A stretch of DNA of 64,000 bases, taken from assembly GCA_003221195.1 (NCBI GenBank), contig QHQO01000018.1, positions 3,950 through 67,949 on the forward strand, given 5' to 3'. This document shows positions 8,850 to 17,187 of the stretch, one piece after another. The stretch's first letter is position 1. Every line of letters begins with the position of its first letter. The notes under the pieces were generated by a model. The model ran no database searches. It saw nothing but the letters and a program-made list of their open reading frames with translations, and was not told the origin of the DNA. Source of the stretch: Verrucomicrobiota bacterium. Its GTDB lineage: Bacteria; Verrucomicrobiota; Verrucomicrobiia; Chthoniobacterales; UBA10450. Position numbers and translations under genes: made by a program.

Positions 8850-10415
8850 ATGCGTCGGCACGCGCTGTTTATTGGAGTGCTAATCCTTATCGCGACGGCG
8901 CGGTTTGTAATCCTGCTGACGTCGCAAACTCATGTCCATAGCGATGAGGCAATCATCGGCCTGATGGGTAAACACATTCTGGAAGGACGCTATTTTCCTT
9001 TCTATATGTATGGTCAGCCCTACAATGCGGGTGCAGCTTGGGAAGCTTATCTGGCCGCGATAGCGTTCGCGTTGTTTGGCGTCAGCGTCATTTCTTTGAA
9101 GAGCTGCATCGTCGCGTTGTCGTTGCTGTGCCTTTTTCTGTTTTATCGAATGTGCCTGGCGCTTTATGACGGGCGCACAGCTCTTTTGGCAACGATTGTG
9201 TTCGCAGTCACTCCGTCGCTGCTCAAGTGGCACTTCCAGGTGAGAGGTTATTCCTGGTACTTTCTTTCCATTCCCCTGCTAACGATTCTCGTCCTATCGA
9301 TTCAATCGACGCCGAACCGAAGGTGGCCGCTATTTCTTTTGTTTGGTGTTATTTCGGGCTTGAGCATCTGTAGTTTGGAGCTGGGAATGGCGTTTAACGT
9401 CGCGCTATGGGTTCTCATTTTGATGCGCCGAAGCTTGTCGTTTAAAAACGCATTGGTCGCCTTCGTGGGTTTCATAGTCGGCTATTCGCCGGCCATTGTA
9501 TTCAACCTCACCCATCATTTCGCGAACTGGAATGCTGTGCTTGAGAAAACAGGTGGCGGCGGATTTGCGATGCTTTTTCATCCGGAGGCGCACACACAAA
9601 TTTTCCTAACTGAGATGCCGAAGTTCTTCGGTGCCGATACCGTCCTTTGGTATTATCCGGAGAAGCCTGCTGTGGGGTTCGTATTTTACACGATCGCCCT
9701 GCTGGTGGTAGGCGCTGCGGTCTGGCCATTCATCCGGTCGCCGTCAGATATCGTGGAGGCGATTCGCGGCGGTTTTGCACGTAGTAATGAAGAGCGAGAT
9801 CTGCTGTTGCTCCTGCTGACACTGGCATGCTTTGTTCCGTACATTACCGCGCCCTTCCGAGTGCCCGGTTATTTTTTGGCCGGTTCTTTCTTTCTTGCAG
9901 CACTCACTGGTCGATTGCTAGCACGCTGCTTTGCTTCTTCCAAACCGCTGATTCGTTTCGCCGGAGTCGGGATCTTTGCGGCTGTGGTAATTACGGGAAC
10001 TGCGCTGATTTTCGACACGGCGCGCCACAATCAAATTGAAACATTAACGCTCTGCGATCAGGGAGAGAACTATTGCATGATGCGGATTCGCGGCGGGGAT
10101 CTCGACGGCGTCGAACGCCACCTGGGCCAACAGGGCGTAACCGACGTGTGGACCACTGTTTCTTTTGTTTATCCGTTGCTGTTCGAATGCCATGAAGCGT
10201 TCGCCGCCTCCGATACGTTTTTTGGTTACCAACATCGTGTTTACCCTAAAGCAATTCCCTGGCGCGAACCGGATCCTGAAGGACATATTGCGATTGTGCT
10301 TGAGAGCGATTCGCCTTTTCGCGCACCGGTGGAGAGTCGCTTTCTGCAACTGGCAGGCGTCGTGCCCCTGATCACCGAATACGGGAAGCTTGCAGTGATC
10401 GAGAGGAAACGTTGA
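8850..10415 (+). CDS. GT-C fold membrane glycosyltransferase (GT39/ArnT/PMT_2-like)
   Basis: 521 aa, polytopic. First-loop acidic motif HSDEAIIGLMGKHILEG followed by YGQPYNAG, as in the ArnT/PMT_2 family. Has a soluble C-terminal domain. Confidence 0.7.
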   Translation: MRRHALFIGVLILIATARFVILLTSQTHVHSDEAIIGLMGKHILEGRYFPFYMYGQPYNAGAAWEAYLAAIAFALFGVSVISLKSCIVALSLLCLFLFYRMCLALYDGRTALLATIVFAVTPSLLKWHFQVRGYSWYFLSIPLLTILVLSIQSTPNRRWPLFLLFGVISGLSICSLELGMAFNVALWVLILMRRSLSFKNALVAFVGFIVGYSPAIVFNLTHHFANWNAVLEKTGGGGFAMLFHPEAHTQIFLTEMPKFFGADTVLWYYPEKPAVGFVFYTIALLVVGAAVWPFIRSPSDIVEAIRGGFARSNEERDLLLLLLTLACFVPYITAPFRVPGYFLAGSFFLAALTGRLLARCFASSKPLIRFAGVGIFAAVVITGTALIFDTARHNQIETLTLCDQGENYCMMRIRGGDLDGVERHLGQQGVTDVWTTVSFVYPLLFECHEAFAASDTFFGYQHRVYPKAIPWREPDPEGHIAIVLESDSPFRAPVESRFLQLAGVVPLITEYGKLAVIERKR

Positions 10416-10430
10416 TAAAATATGTGTTTA

Positions 10431-10521
10431 GCGCCAAAGGCGCGGCATTCACCTCGAGCCTGGGGCAACGCCCCAGGGATTATAAGAGCCAAAAAGCGCC
10501 AGCGCTGAAAGCGCGATTCAC
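10431..10521. repeat. Left REP-like hairpin arm of RAYT-1
   Basis: Three GC-rich stem-loops (5, 7 and 5 bp stems) read directly from the sequence. The arm begins 16 nt after the stop of the 8850 gene. Confidence 0.75.
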
Positions 10522-10551
10522 TTTTGGTGCCAGTTCGATCATCATCGTGCC

Positions 10552-11004
10552 ATGCCCCAATCGCTCAGTAAAGTCATCCTTCACATCATTTTCAGCACAA
10601 AGAACCGCGAGCTATGGTTCGATTCAGACGTGCGACCGCGCATGCATGCTTATCTAGCGACGGTCTGCCGCGACCTCGGTGCTGAATTCGTGCACCTCGG
10701 CGGTGTCGCCGATCATGTTCACATTGTCACGACGCTGCCGCGCAGCGTTTCTCAGGCTGAGTTCATCAAACGGATAGAGAAAACATCCTCGAAAGGGATC
10801 AAGCGATTTAACCCTCGATATCGCGGCTTTTTCTGGCAGAGCGTTTATGGTGTGTTTTGGATGAGCCCCAGTCAGCTTGAGGCTGTCCTGCAATACATTG
10901 AGGCGCAGCAGGAACACCATCGCACTCGCACGTTTCAGGAAGAATATCGTGAGCTGTTGCGCAGACAGGGAGTTGATTTCGAGGAGCCTTATGTGTGGGA
11001 TTGA
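10552..11004 (+). CDS. REP-associated tyrosine transposase (RAYT; IS200/IS605 TnpA-like Y1 HUH enzyme)
   Basis: 150 aa. HUH motif ADHVHIV. The catalytic-Tyr region WQSVYGVFWMS corresponds to WQEGYGAFSV in the paralog at 16660. The C-terminus YIEAQQEHHRTRTFQEEY is typical of this family. Confidence 0.85.
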   Translation: MPQSLSKVILHIIFSTKNRELWFDSDVRPRMHAYLATVCRDLGAEFVHLGGVADHVHIVTTLPRSVSQAEFIKRIEKTSSKGIKRFNPRYRGFFWQSVYGVFWMSPSQLEAVLQYIEAQQEHHRTRTFQEEYRELLRRQGVDFEEPYVWD

Positions 11005-11020
11005 GAAATCAGACCCTGGC

Positions 11021-11113
11021 GTGAATCGCGCTTTCAGCGCTTGTTTACCTGGGCGATCAAATTCCTGGGGCGGTGCCCCAGGCTGGTTTGATGTGAAACA
11101 GCGCCTTCGGCGC
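11021..11113. repeat. Right REP-like hairpin arm of RAYT-1 (inverted copy of 10431-10521)
   Basis: See the mobile_element entry. The arm ends 18 nt upstream of the ATG of the 11132 gene. Confidence 0.75.
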
Positions 11114-11131
11114 TGAAAAGATACTGCCCCG

Positions 11132-12649
11132 ATGAAGGCCGCCTCCCGATTTGCGATGCGACATGAGCGAAAGTCGATCTGGCTATTTTGCGCGATCGCC
11201 GCACTTCGCGTCTTCACATTTTCCGCTGCGTTTCCGTTTTTCAACAACGTGGATGAGCAGGCGCACTTCGATTTAGTGATGAAATACGCGCGAGGCGATG
11301 TGCCAACCAATTTGGGTCATTATTCTTTTGAATCGGCAAATTTCATCGCTTTATACGGCACGCCGGAGTACTTTATGACGCCGCAGCAGTTCGCGACGAA
11401 CGATTTTCCGCCACCAAATTGGACGTTGCCAGCTGAGCAGCGCCAGCAGGCTGTAAACACCAACTCGGCGTGGTGGCTATCCAATCAAAATCACGAATCG
11501 GGGGAGCCGCCACTTTATTATATTATAGCTGGTCTGTGGCTAAATCTTGGCCGGCTCTTTGGCGTTACCGGCGCTTGGCTGTCGTATTGGGTTCGCTTTT
11601 TGAATGTGTTCGTCGCAGGAACTCTAGTCTGGATAGGCTTCGTTGCTGCAAAGCTTGTCTTCCCTGATCGACAGTTCATACACTTTAGCGTTCCGATATT
11701 GCTGGCCGTTTGGCCGCAGGCCACTTTTTATTCAATACAAAGCGATTCGCTCTCTCCGCTGTGCTTTGGAATCGCATTTGTCGGTTTGATAGAATTTTTG
11801 CGGGCCGAACCGCCAACTGTGCGTCTGGCAATCTGGACCGGGCTTGCGCTTGCCGCGACCTGTCTCGTCAAGACAACAAACATCGCTTTGCTCTTCGTCG
11901 TCGGGTTAGTTTTGATCTTCAAGATTCAAAAGCTAACCGAAAAGACTGCCTTACGTCCTCTTTTGGTACCACTCGCTGGATTGATAATATCCGTGGCCGT
12001 CCCAATCGCTGTTTGGTTTGCATGGAATTACCATACGTTCGGCGATCTCACTGCCACCGGCTCGAAAATTGAGTTCCTCGGATGGACTCGCAAACCGGTT
12101 GGCAATTGGTGGCCGCATCCAATCTTCACGTTGAATGGAGTGAAGGAGTTCTGGCCAGAACTAATGGCGAGTTTCTGGCGGGGCGAATTCATTTGGCATG
12201 GCAAACGACTCGTTTCCCAAGCGAGCGACGCGTTCTACTGGATCTCTTCCACGCTCGCGATTGGCGTGGCCGTGGTAAGTCTGTTTCCGCGCTTAACGAA
12301 ACTGAGTGCTTTTCAGCGGGAGAGTCTTTGGCTGGCGTTTTCAAGCTTCGCTGTCCTGGTCCTGTTTGTTGCGTGTCTATCGATCGCCTTCGACTTCGGG
12401 CTTTGCGTGTATCCGTCCCCTGAGCATCCATTTTTCACTTCCGGAAGACTGCTCAGCGGTGCGGCGGTTCCATTTTTCTTGCTTTACTCCCAGGCGTTGG
12501 ACTGGCTGCTTTCGGGGATTCCTCGCGTATGGCCGCGGATAATTTTGTTTGGAGGAATTGTGCTCTTGATAATCGTTTCGCAATCGATTGTGAACTTGCC
12601 GGCGTTTTCCAGCCGTTACAATTTCTTTCATTTGAACCAGCCGCTGTAA
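11132..12649 (+). CDS. GT-C-like polytopic membrane protein (DUF2142/ArnT-like)
   Basis: 505 aa with about 11 or more hydrophobic helices. The first loop has NNVDEQAHFDLVMKYARG, a D-E-x-x-H motif as I recall for DUF2142-type predicted glycosyl/arabinosyl transferases. No soluble domain. Confidence 0.5.
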   Translation: MKAASRFAMRHERKSIWLFCAIAALRVFTFSAAFPFFNNVDEQAHFDLVMKYARGDVPTNLGHYSFESANFIALYGTPEYFMTPQQFATNDFPPPNWTLPAEQRQQAVNTNSAWWLSNQNHESGEPPLYYIIAGLWLNLGRLFGVTGAWLSYWVRFLNVFVAGTLVWIGFVAAKLVFPDRQFIHFSVPILLAVWPQATFYSIQSDSLSPLCFGIAFVGLIEFLRAEPPTVRLAIWTGLALAATCLVKTTNIALLFVVGLVLIFKIQKLTEKTALRPLLVPLAGLIISVAVPIAVWFAWNYHTFGDLTATGSKIEFLGWTRKPVGNWWPHPIFTLNGVKEFWPELMASFWRGEFIWHGKRLVSQASDAFYWISSTLAIGVAVVSLFPRLTKLSAFQRESLWLAFSSFAVLVLFVACLSIAFDFGLCVYPSPEHPFFTSGRLLSGAAVPFFLLYSQALDWLLSGIPRVWPRIILFGGIVLLIIVSQSIVNLPAFSSRYNFFHLNQPL

Positions 12650-12696
12650 GGGATTTGACCGCGGATTACCCAGCGCGGCTCCGCCGCAACCAAAGA

Positions 12697-13028
12697 TTTA
12701 ACCACGAATGAACACGAATGGACAATTAATGCTCCGTCGGGAGGAGCCCGCGAAACACGCGAATGGACGCGAATAGATCAAGAGTTTCAGAAATTATAAG
12801 CTAAATTCGCCTGTGCACGGATAGTTCGGTGGTGGCGCGCGCTGTTCGTCCGCGGATGCGCGGACGGTTTTTTCGGTCCGACCATTACTGGAGCAAGCGC
12901 GTGATCTCTGTGCCTGCGGTATGATGTTCCGCAGGTGACAAAAATCTGGCGCCCGTTTTTTCCTCACCTCATTCGCGTGAATCCGCGGGATTCGCGGGCA
13001 GAAAAATTGGTGTTCATTCGTGGTTAAA
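12697..13028. repeat. About 330-bp element bounded by imperfect inverted arms rich in CACGAAT/CGCGAAT motifs (MITE-like or clustered interspersed repeats)
   Basis: Left arm is 12697-12776 (tttaaccacgaatgaacacg...cccgcgaaacacgcgaatggacgcgaatag). The right arm 12970-13028 reverse-complements to tttaaccacgaatgaacacc...cccgcgaatcccgcggattcacgcgaatg. The outer 20 nt match 19/20. Confidence 0.55.
12847..12873 (+). terminator. Rho-independent terminator-like hairpin (8-bp perfect GC-rich stem, GATG loop, T6 tail)
   Basis: cgtccgcg-gatg-cgcggacg followed by gtttttt. It lies 198 nt downstream of the 11132 gene stop, inside the inverted-arm element. Confidence 0.6.
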
Positions 13029-13031
13029 CAG

Positions 13032-13175
13032 CCCGTTCAAAAAAGTGAAAAAAAAGTGAAAAAAAAGCTTGCAAGCCCCTGACGCCTTCCGCTAAAGGGG
13101 GAATTCAACGCGACAAAAGGCCGTAAAAGCCGTTCAAAAAAACTTTGAAAAAAGTGAAAAAAAAGCTTGTCAGCG
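13032..13175 (+). promoter_or_regulatory. Two ~45-nt A-tract direct repeats ending in TTGCAA / TTGTCA (candidate tandem UP-element/-35 modules) upstream of the TonB-dependent receptor
   Basis: Copy A is 13032-13075 cccgttcaaaaaagtgaaaaaaaagtgaaaaaaaagcttgcaagc. Copy B is 13129-13175 gccgttcaaaaaaactttgaaaaaagtgaaaaaaaagcttgtcagc. Weak -10-like hexamers sit 17 nt downstream (CTAAAG, TAAACC). Confidence 0.35.
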
Positions 13176-13216
13176 CCACAGAGATTTCATAAACCTGCCA
13201 AAACCTAACCAAACCA

Positions 13217-16200
13217 ATGGAGAAACTAATGACTAAAAACGTGCTAAATAAACTCGGATTCCTTGGCGCCATTTTTGTGGCGACCGTCGGATTTCCTCTA
13301 ATTTTTGCATCGAACGCATTTGCTCAATTGCCGGCTCCGCCGGCTCCCGCTCCGGGTGCGCCAGCGCCCACAGCTGAGGTCGAGCGCGTGGTTGTGACCG
13401 GTTCGAACATTCCCACCGCGGAAGAGACTGGCCCCAATCCGGTGGACACCTACCGGCCGCAGGACATCGAGAAACTGGGTATCCGCAACGCCACGGACCT
13501 GCAGGAATTTATCCCGCAGGAAGCAGGCGGAACCGTCAACCTGAATATTGGCAACGGTGGTGACGGTACCGTCCAGTTTAACCTGCGCGGCCTGCTGCCG
13601 AAAGAAACTTTGATTCTAATCGATGGCAAACGGGTCGCCTATGGCTCGTTGGGTGTCGCTGGGTTTAGCGGAGGCCCGGACATTAACCTGATACCCTTCT
13701 CCATGATCGATCACGTCGACATTCTCAAGGATGGCGCCTCGGCTGTGTACGGCACGGACGCGATCGCAGGCGTGGTCAACTTCTTCCTGATCCACAAATT
13801 CCGCGGCTTGGAGATCGGCGGCACTTACGGGAACACAGATCTCGGAGCGTCCAATGACATGGGCGAATGGGAAGCATGGTTGAAAGCCGGCACCGGAGAT
13901 GACAAAACCGATATTGTGGTCATTGCCGATTTCTGGGAGCGCACCGGCGGTCTATTCAGCCGCGACCGTGATATTTCTTCCAACGGGAATTTTACTAAAT
14001 GGGGAGGGCTTGATAATCGCAGCGGAAACTTCCCTGGCCACTATGGAGGGTTCGTGGGTCGCCGTTTGGTCCCGAGTTTGTTTTTCAGCGCAAACACCCC
14101 GCCGCCACATTCAGCTCCGAACGTGGCGACTTCTCCGTTTTATGTCTCTTCGACCAGCCCCTTGCTCAATCACGGAAACGGTTTCTTCAATGGGACCTTG
14201 CAGGGTTTGGACGGGAACTACGTCGCCTATAACTTCGCTTCGGTCACGCCAAATCTGCCGCCGGGAGACCGGCAAGTGTACTACGGTTCGTTCACGCGGG
14301 ACCTGTGCGATAAGTACCTGACGGTGTTTGCCGACTTCAAATATTCGCGCTCATATTTCGATTCATCGCTGGCCGCTGTGCCATTTACGCCCGATCCATT
14401 CCACGGATTGAAGGGTACTGACGGTACGCTTTATCCTGTCGGGCCTACTGGTCCGTTCGGCATCAGTGTGCCAATCGCGAATCCGTTCAATCCGTTCACA
14501 GTTGGGGACACGACTCTGGTTATTAACGGAACGCCGGTTCCGATGACTACCGGGATTCGGTTCCGCGGCATTAACGATACCGGCACAAGGAGTGAAAAAT
14601 TCACCTACTGGGACCAACTCTTCGACGTCGGTCTGCGGGGCGAGATGGGAGAATTTGGCGATTACTTCAAGACGTGGAACTGGGAAATGGGTTTCCGTTA
14701 CTCTCGCAACGAAGGACAAGACCTGTCGGTAGGCGAAGTGAGCCAGCCCGGGTTGCGCGATGCCCTATTCGAGACAGACCCACACACCGCGTTTAATCCG
14801 TTTGGTGGCTTTTTCCGCCAAAACACCGCGGTAGCCAGGCAAGGAGTCTATGTGACATTGCATAACTCCGGTGAGTATGAGTTGCCTATCGGTTATGCCA
14901 CGTTTAACGGTGACCTGTTCAATCTTCCCGCCGGGCCAGTCTCCTTTGCCATTGGCGGCGAGTACGACGCGCCGAGATTTACTCGCGATCGTGACGCACT
15001 CAATAACACGTTTAACTCGATTGGCTCAGTGGACGGGCAAAGCTTCCGTGTGAATCGGGATGTGTGGGGAATCTACGAGGAAGTGCGCGTACCATTCACC
15101 AGTCCCACGTGGAACTTCCCTGGCTTCTACAGCTTTGAAGTGGACTTTGCCGAGCGAGAGGAATGGTACAGCAATAACACCTCTACGGTGCTGCCTTCTG
15201 GCCTTTTCCCGGAGGTGCCCGCGTTTCACAGCACGTATAATGCGCAAAAGCCGAAGGTGTCGGTGCGCTGGCAGCCGATTGATCCCAAGTATATCGGCGC
15301 AGTGACATTGCGTGGCAGCTATACCGAGGCATTCCATGCGCCAACGCTGGGAGAACTTACACCTGCGGGCTCGCAAAACTTCCCAATCGTGTCCGATCCG
15401 TTTTCGAGTCAGACCGAGCCTCAGATTGAGGAACGCGTTTTAGGAAACCCCGCTCTGCATCCGGAAGTGGCGTATGAATGGACCTACGGCGCTGTTTACA
15501 GCCCGAAATGGATTAAGGGCCTGACGCTGAGCGCCGATTGGTGGCACATTGATATGCGCGATATCGTGGCATTCCCAGGTGCGAACACCCTCATCGTGGA
15601 GAATCCCCCGACCCCGGGTGTTGTGCAAAACGGGCCGGTTATTTTCCGTGGTGTGAGTTCAATTCCAGGCGAGGCTGGGCCAGTCCAACTGGTTGTCGAT
15701 CTCAACCAAAACCTTTCTGGCGCAATCTTGGAAGGTCTAGACTACGAAGCGATCTATATTCTGGATTCGACGATCTTTGGCCACGGGGATTGGGGAAGGT
15801 TAACCACCACGGTCAATGGCACCTGGCTATCCCGGTTTGAGTTTCAGCCTGGCCCCAACAACAAACGGTTCGGTATCGCAGGCACATTCCAGCCGCCGGG
15901 AGCTACTCTAACCAATTCGACGCCATGGAATCGGGCTAACTTCAGTATCTTCTACGATGGTCCGGCTGACACGTGGATGGGGGGCTTGGATGTCGGTGCC
16001 ATAGTCCACTGGATCGGTCAGTACGAGGATGATAATGCCACTCTGACAGGATCGACAAAGCTCAACGAGCCTAGAAGTGGCCCGTTCGGTGGCGGTGGTG
16101 AAGTACGGGCGCGGAAAATAGCTCCGTGGACTACCCTTGACCTCATCTTAAACTACACGTTTAACCTGCCGCCGCCTGCGCCGGCCGAAGTGCCTGGCTT

Positions 16201-16453
16201 TGCCAAGGATGGTGGGAAGAACGTGAAGATGAAAGACGGCAAGGAGAAAAACGTCGTTCCAGTCTCCACGGCGGAGTATGGCTGCAGCAACTGGAAGTGG
16301 TGGCTTAATAACACAACCGTCACGCTCGGCATGCAAAACGTGCTCGACGAGGATCCCTCGTTTGTGGCAGGCTCGTTCGAGAATGGTTACGACGAGTCGG
16401 TTGCTAACATCAAAGGCCGGTTCTGGTACGTCGGCTTGAAGAAGCGCTTCTAA
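13217..16453 (+). CDS. TonB-dependent outer-membrane receptor
   Basis: 1078 aa. Signal peptide, then Pro/Ala linker QLPAPPAPAPGAPAPTAE, then plug-domain motifs (VVVTGSNIP, LRGL...TLILIDGKRV, IDHVDILKDGASAVYGTDAIAGVVNF). A long beta-barrel ends in the terminal aromatic ...YVGLKKRF. Confidence 0.9.
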   Translation: MEKLMTKNVLNKLGFLGAIFVATVGFPLIFASNAFAQLPAPPAPAPGAPAPTAEVERVVVTGSNIPTAEETGPNPVDTYRPQDIEKLGIRNATDLQEFIPQEAGGTVNLNIGNGGDGTVQFNLRGLLPKETLILIDGKRVAYGSLGVAGFSGGPDINLIPFSMIDHVDILKDGASAVYGTDAIAGVVNFFLIHKFRGLEIGGTYGNTDLGASNDMGEWEAWLKAGTGDDKTDIVVIADFWERTGGLFSRDRDISSNGNFTKWGGLDNRSGNFPGHYGGFVGRRLVPSLFFSANTPPPHSAPNVATSPFYVSSTSPLLNHGNGFFNGTLQGLDGNYVAYNFASVTPNLPPGDRQVYYGSFTRDLCDKYLTVFADFKYSRSYFDSSLAAVPFTPDPFHGLKGTDGTLYPVGPTGPFGISVPIANPFNPFTVGDTTLVINGTPVPMTTGIRFRGINDTGTRSEKFTYWDQLFDVGLRGEMGEFGDYFKTWNWEMGFRYSRNEGQDLSVGEVSQPGLRDALFETDPHTAFNPFGGFFRQNTAVARQGVYVTLHNSGEYELPIGYATFNGDLFNLPAGPVSFAIGGEYDAPRFTRDRDALNNTFNSIGSVDGQSFRVNRDVWGIYEEVRVPFTSPTWNFPGFYSFEVDFAEREEWYSNNTSTVLPSGLFPEVPAFHSTYNAQKPKVSVRWQPIDPKYIGAVTLRGSYTEAFHAPTLGELTPAGSQNFPIVSDPFSSQTEPQIEERVLGNPALHPEVAYEWTYGAVYSPKWIKGLTLSADWWHIDMRDIVAFPGANTLIVENPPTPGVVQNGPVIFRGVSSIPGEAGPVQLVVDLNQNLSGAILEGLDYEAIYILDSTIFGHGDWGRLTTTVNGTWLSRFEFQPGPNNKRFGIAGTFQPPGATLTNSTPWNRANFSIFYDGPADTWMGGLDVGAIVHWIGQYEDDNATLTGSTKLNEPRSGPFGGGGEVRARKIAPWTTLDLILNYTFNLPPPAPAEVPGFAKDGGKNVKMKDGKEKNVVPVSTAEYGCSNWKWWLNNTTVTLGMQNVLDEDPSFVAGSFENGYDESVANIKGRFWYVGLKKRF

Positions 16454-16478
16454 AACGGAAGACCGCAATAATTCACAG

Positions 16479-16515
16479 CGGCCGGGCTCCTCGAGGGCCC
16501 GGCCGTTTTGCTTTT
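16479..16515 (+). terminator. Rho-independent terminator of the TonB-dependent receptor gene
   Basis: Perfect 9-bp stem cggccgggc / gcccggccg (16479-16487 / 16497-16505) followed by ttttgctttt. It starts 26 nt after the stop codon. Confidence 0.75.
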
Positions 16516-16581
16516 GTAGCAGCTCGTCGCAGACATCGCAGGGGATCCAGCGCCTTGGGGGAATAGCTGACGTTCGATAAT

Positions 16582-16643
16582 AGCCCAGCGTTTCAACGCT
16601 GGGCCAATCGTGTTATAAAGGATTTGAGTCCCAGCGGGGGACG
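16582..16643. repeat. Left REP-like hairpin arm of RAYT-2
   Basis: Two stem-loops read directly from the sequence. The inner one ends 17 nt before the ATG at 16660. Confidence 0.8.
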
Positions 16644-16659
16644 AAAGAAAACACCGATT

Positions 16660-17106
16660 ATGCATTCCTTTACGAATTGCCTCATGCATTGTGTCTGGGC
16701 CACAAAGAACCGCGATCATTGCCTCACCCCGTCTCTACGCGAGCGCCTCTGGCCATATTTGAGCGGCATCGCCAAACAGAACCAAATGAAGGCGCTCGCG
16801 GTTGGCGGTACCGCCGATCACGTCCACGTTCTGCTGTCTCTGCCGGCGACACTGTCCATCGCCAAAACGGTACAGCTGCTCAGGGGAAATTCATCCAAGT
16901 GGATCCATGAAACATTTGCCAAAATGCCTGGGTTCGCCTGGCAGGAAGGCTACGGCGCATTTAGCGTTGGCGTTTCAGGGGCAGAGACGAGCGTCAGGTA
17001 TATTCGTAACCAGGCGGAGCATCACTGGACGCGATCGTTTCGCGACGAGCTTGTTGCAATGCTTCGCAAGCACGGATTTGATTATGACGAATCGATGTTG
17101 GATTGA
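16660..17106 (+). CDS. REP-associated tyrosine transposase (RAYT; IS200-like Y1 HUH enzyme), paralog 2
   Basis: 148 aa from the ATG at 16660 (the track start at 16624 lies inside the hairpin arm). HUH motif ADHVHVL, catalytic Tyr block WQEGYGAFSV, and YIRNQAEHHWTRSFRDE. Confidence 0.85.
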   Translation: MHSFTNCLMHCVWATKNRDHCLTPSLRERLWPYLSGIAKQNQMKALAVGGTADHVHVLLSLPATLSIAKTVQLLRGNSSKWIHETFAKMPGFAWQEGYGAFSVGVSGAETSVRYIRNQAEHHWTRSFRDELVAMLRKHGFDYDESMLD

Positions 17107-17115
17107 ACTATCTTC

Positions 17116-17174
17116 CGTCCCTCGCGGGACTACACTGATGTTTGGCTCAGGGCCCAGCGTTGAAACGCTGGGCT
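17116..17174. repeat. Right REP-like hairpin arm of RAYT-2
   Basis: Inverted copy of the left arm. It ends 13 nt upstream of the ATG of the 17188 gene. Confidence 0.8.
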
Positions 17175-17187
17175 ATTTTCGGTAAAC

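Larger units (their letters stand above)
10431..11113 (+). mobile_element. REPtron-like unit 1: RAYT (IS200-like Y1 transposase) bracketed by ~90-nt inverted arms, each made of three hairpins
   Basis: Left arm: hairpins A 10431-10443 gcgccaaaggcgc, B 10459-10477 cctggggcaacgccccagg, C 10501-10521 agcgctgaaagcgcgattcac. Right arm: C' 11021-11041 gtgaatcgcgctttcagcgct, B' 11064-11082 cctggggcggtgccccagg, A' 11101-11113 gcgccttcggcgc. The mirrored order A-B-C...C'-B'-A' and the flank gattcac/gtgaatc establish inverted orientation. Confidence 0.75.
16582..17174 (+). mobile_element. REPtron-like unit 2: second, divergent RAYT bracketed by its own inverted hairpins
   Basis: H1 16582-16604 agcccagcgtttcaacgctgggc is the exact reverse complement (23/23) of H1' 17152-17174. 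Inner hairpins are H2 16628-16643 gtcccagcgggggacg and H2' 17116-17130 cgtccctcgcgggac. The hairpin sequences are unrelated to those of unit 1. Confidence 0.8.

Noticed and set aside
10654-11310. 218-aa minus-strand ORF spanning RAYT-1 and its right hairpin arm
   Set aside because: It runs antisense through a well-supported HUH transposase gene and through palindromic repeat DNA, which reads open in both directions. It has no motifs.
12776-13216. Cobalamin or other riboswitch, or a CRISPR-like array, upstream of the TonB-dependent receptor
   Set aside because: I could find no B12-box-like sequence. The repeats are two A-tract copies of different spacing and composition, not a regular repeat-spacer array, and no cas genes are present.
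10431-17174. The two RAYT units as ends of a composite transposon carrying the DUF2142-like gene and the TonB-dependent receptor
   Set aside because: The two RAYTs are divergent paralogs with unrelated hairpin arms and are in direct, not inverted, orientation. Y1 transposases do not form composite transposons. No flanking direct repeats were seen.
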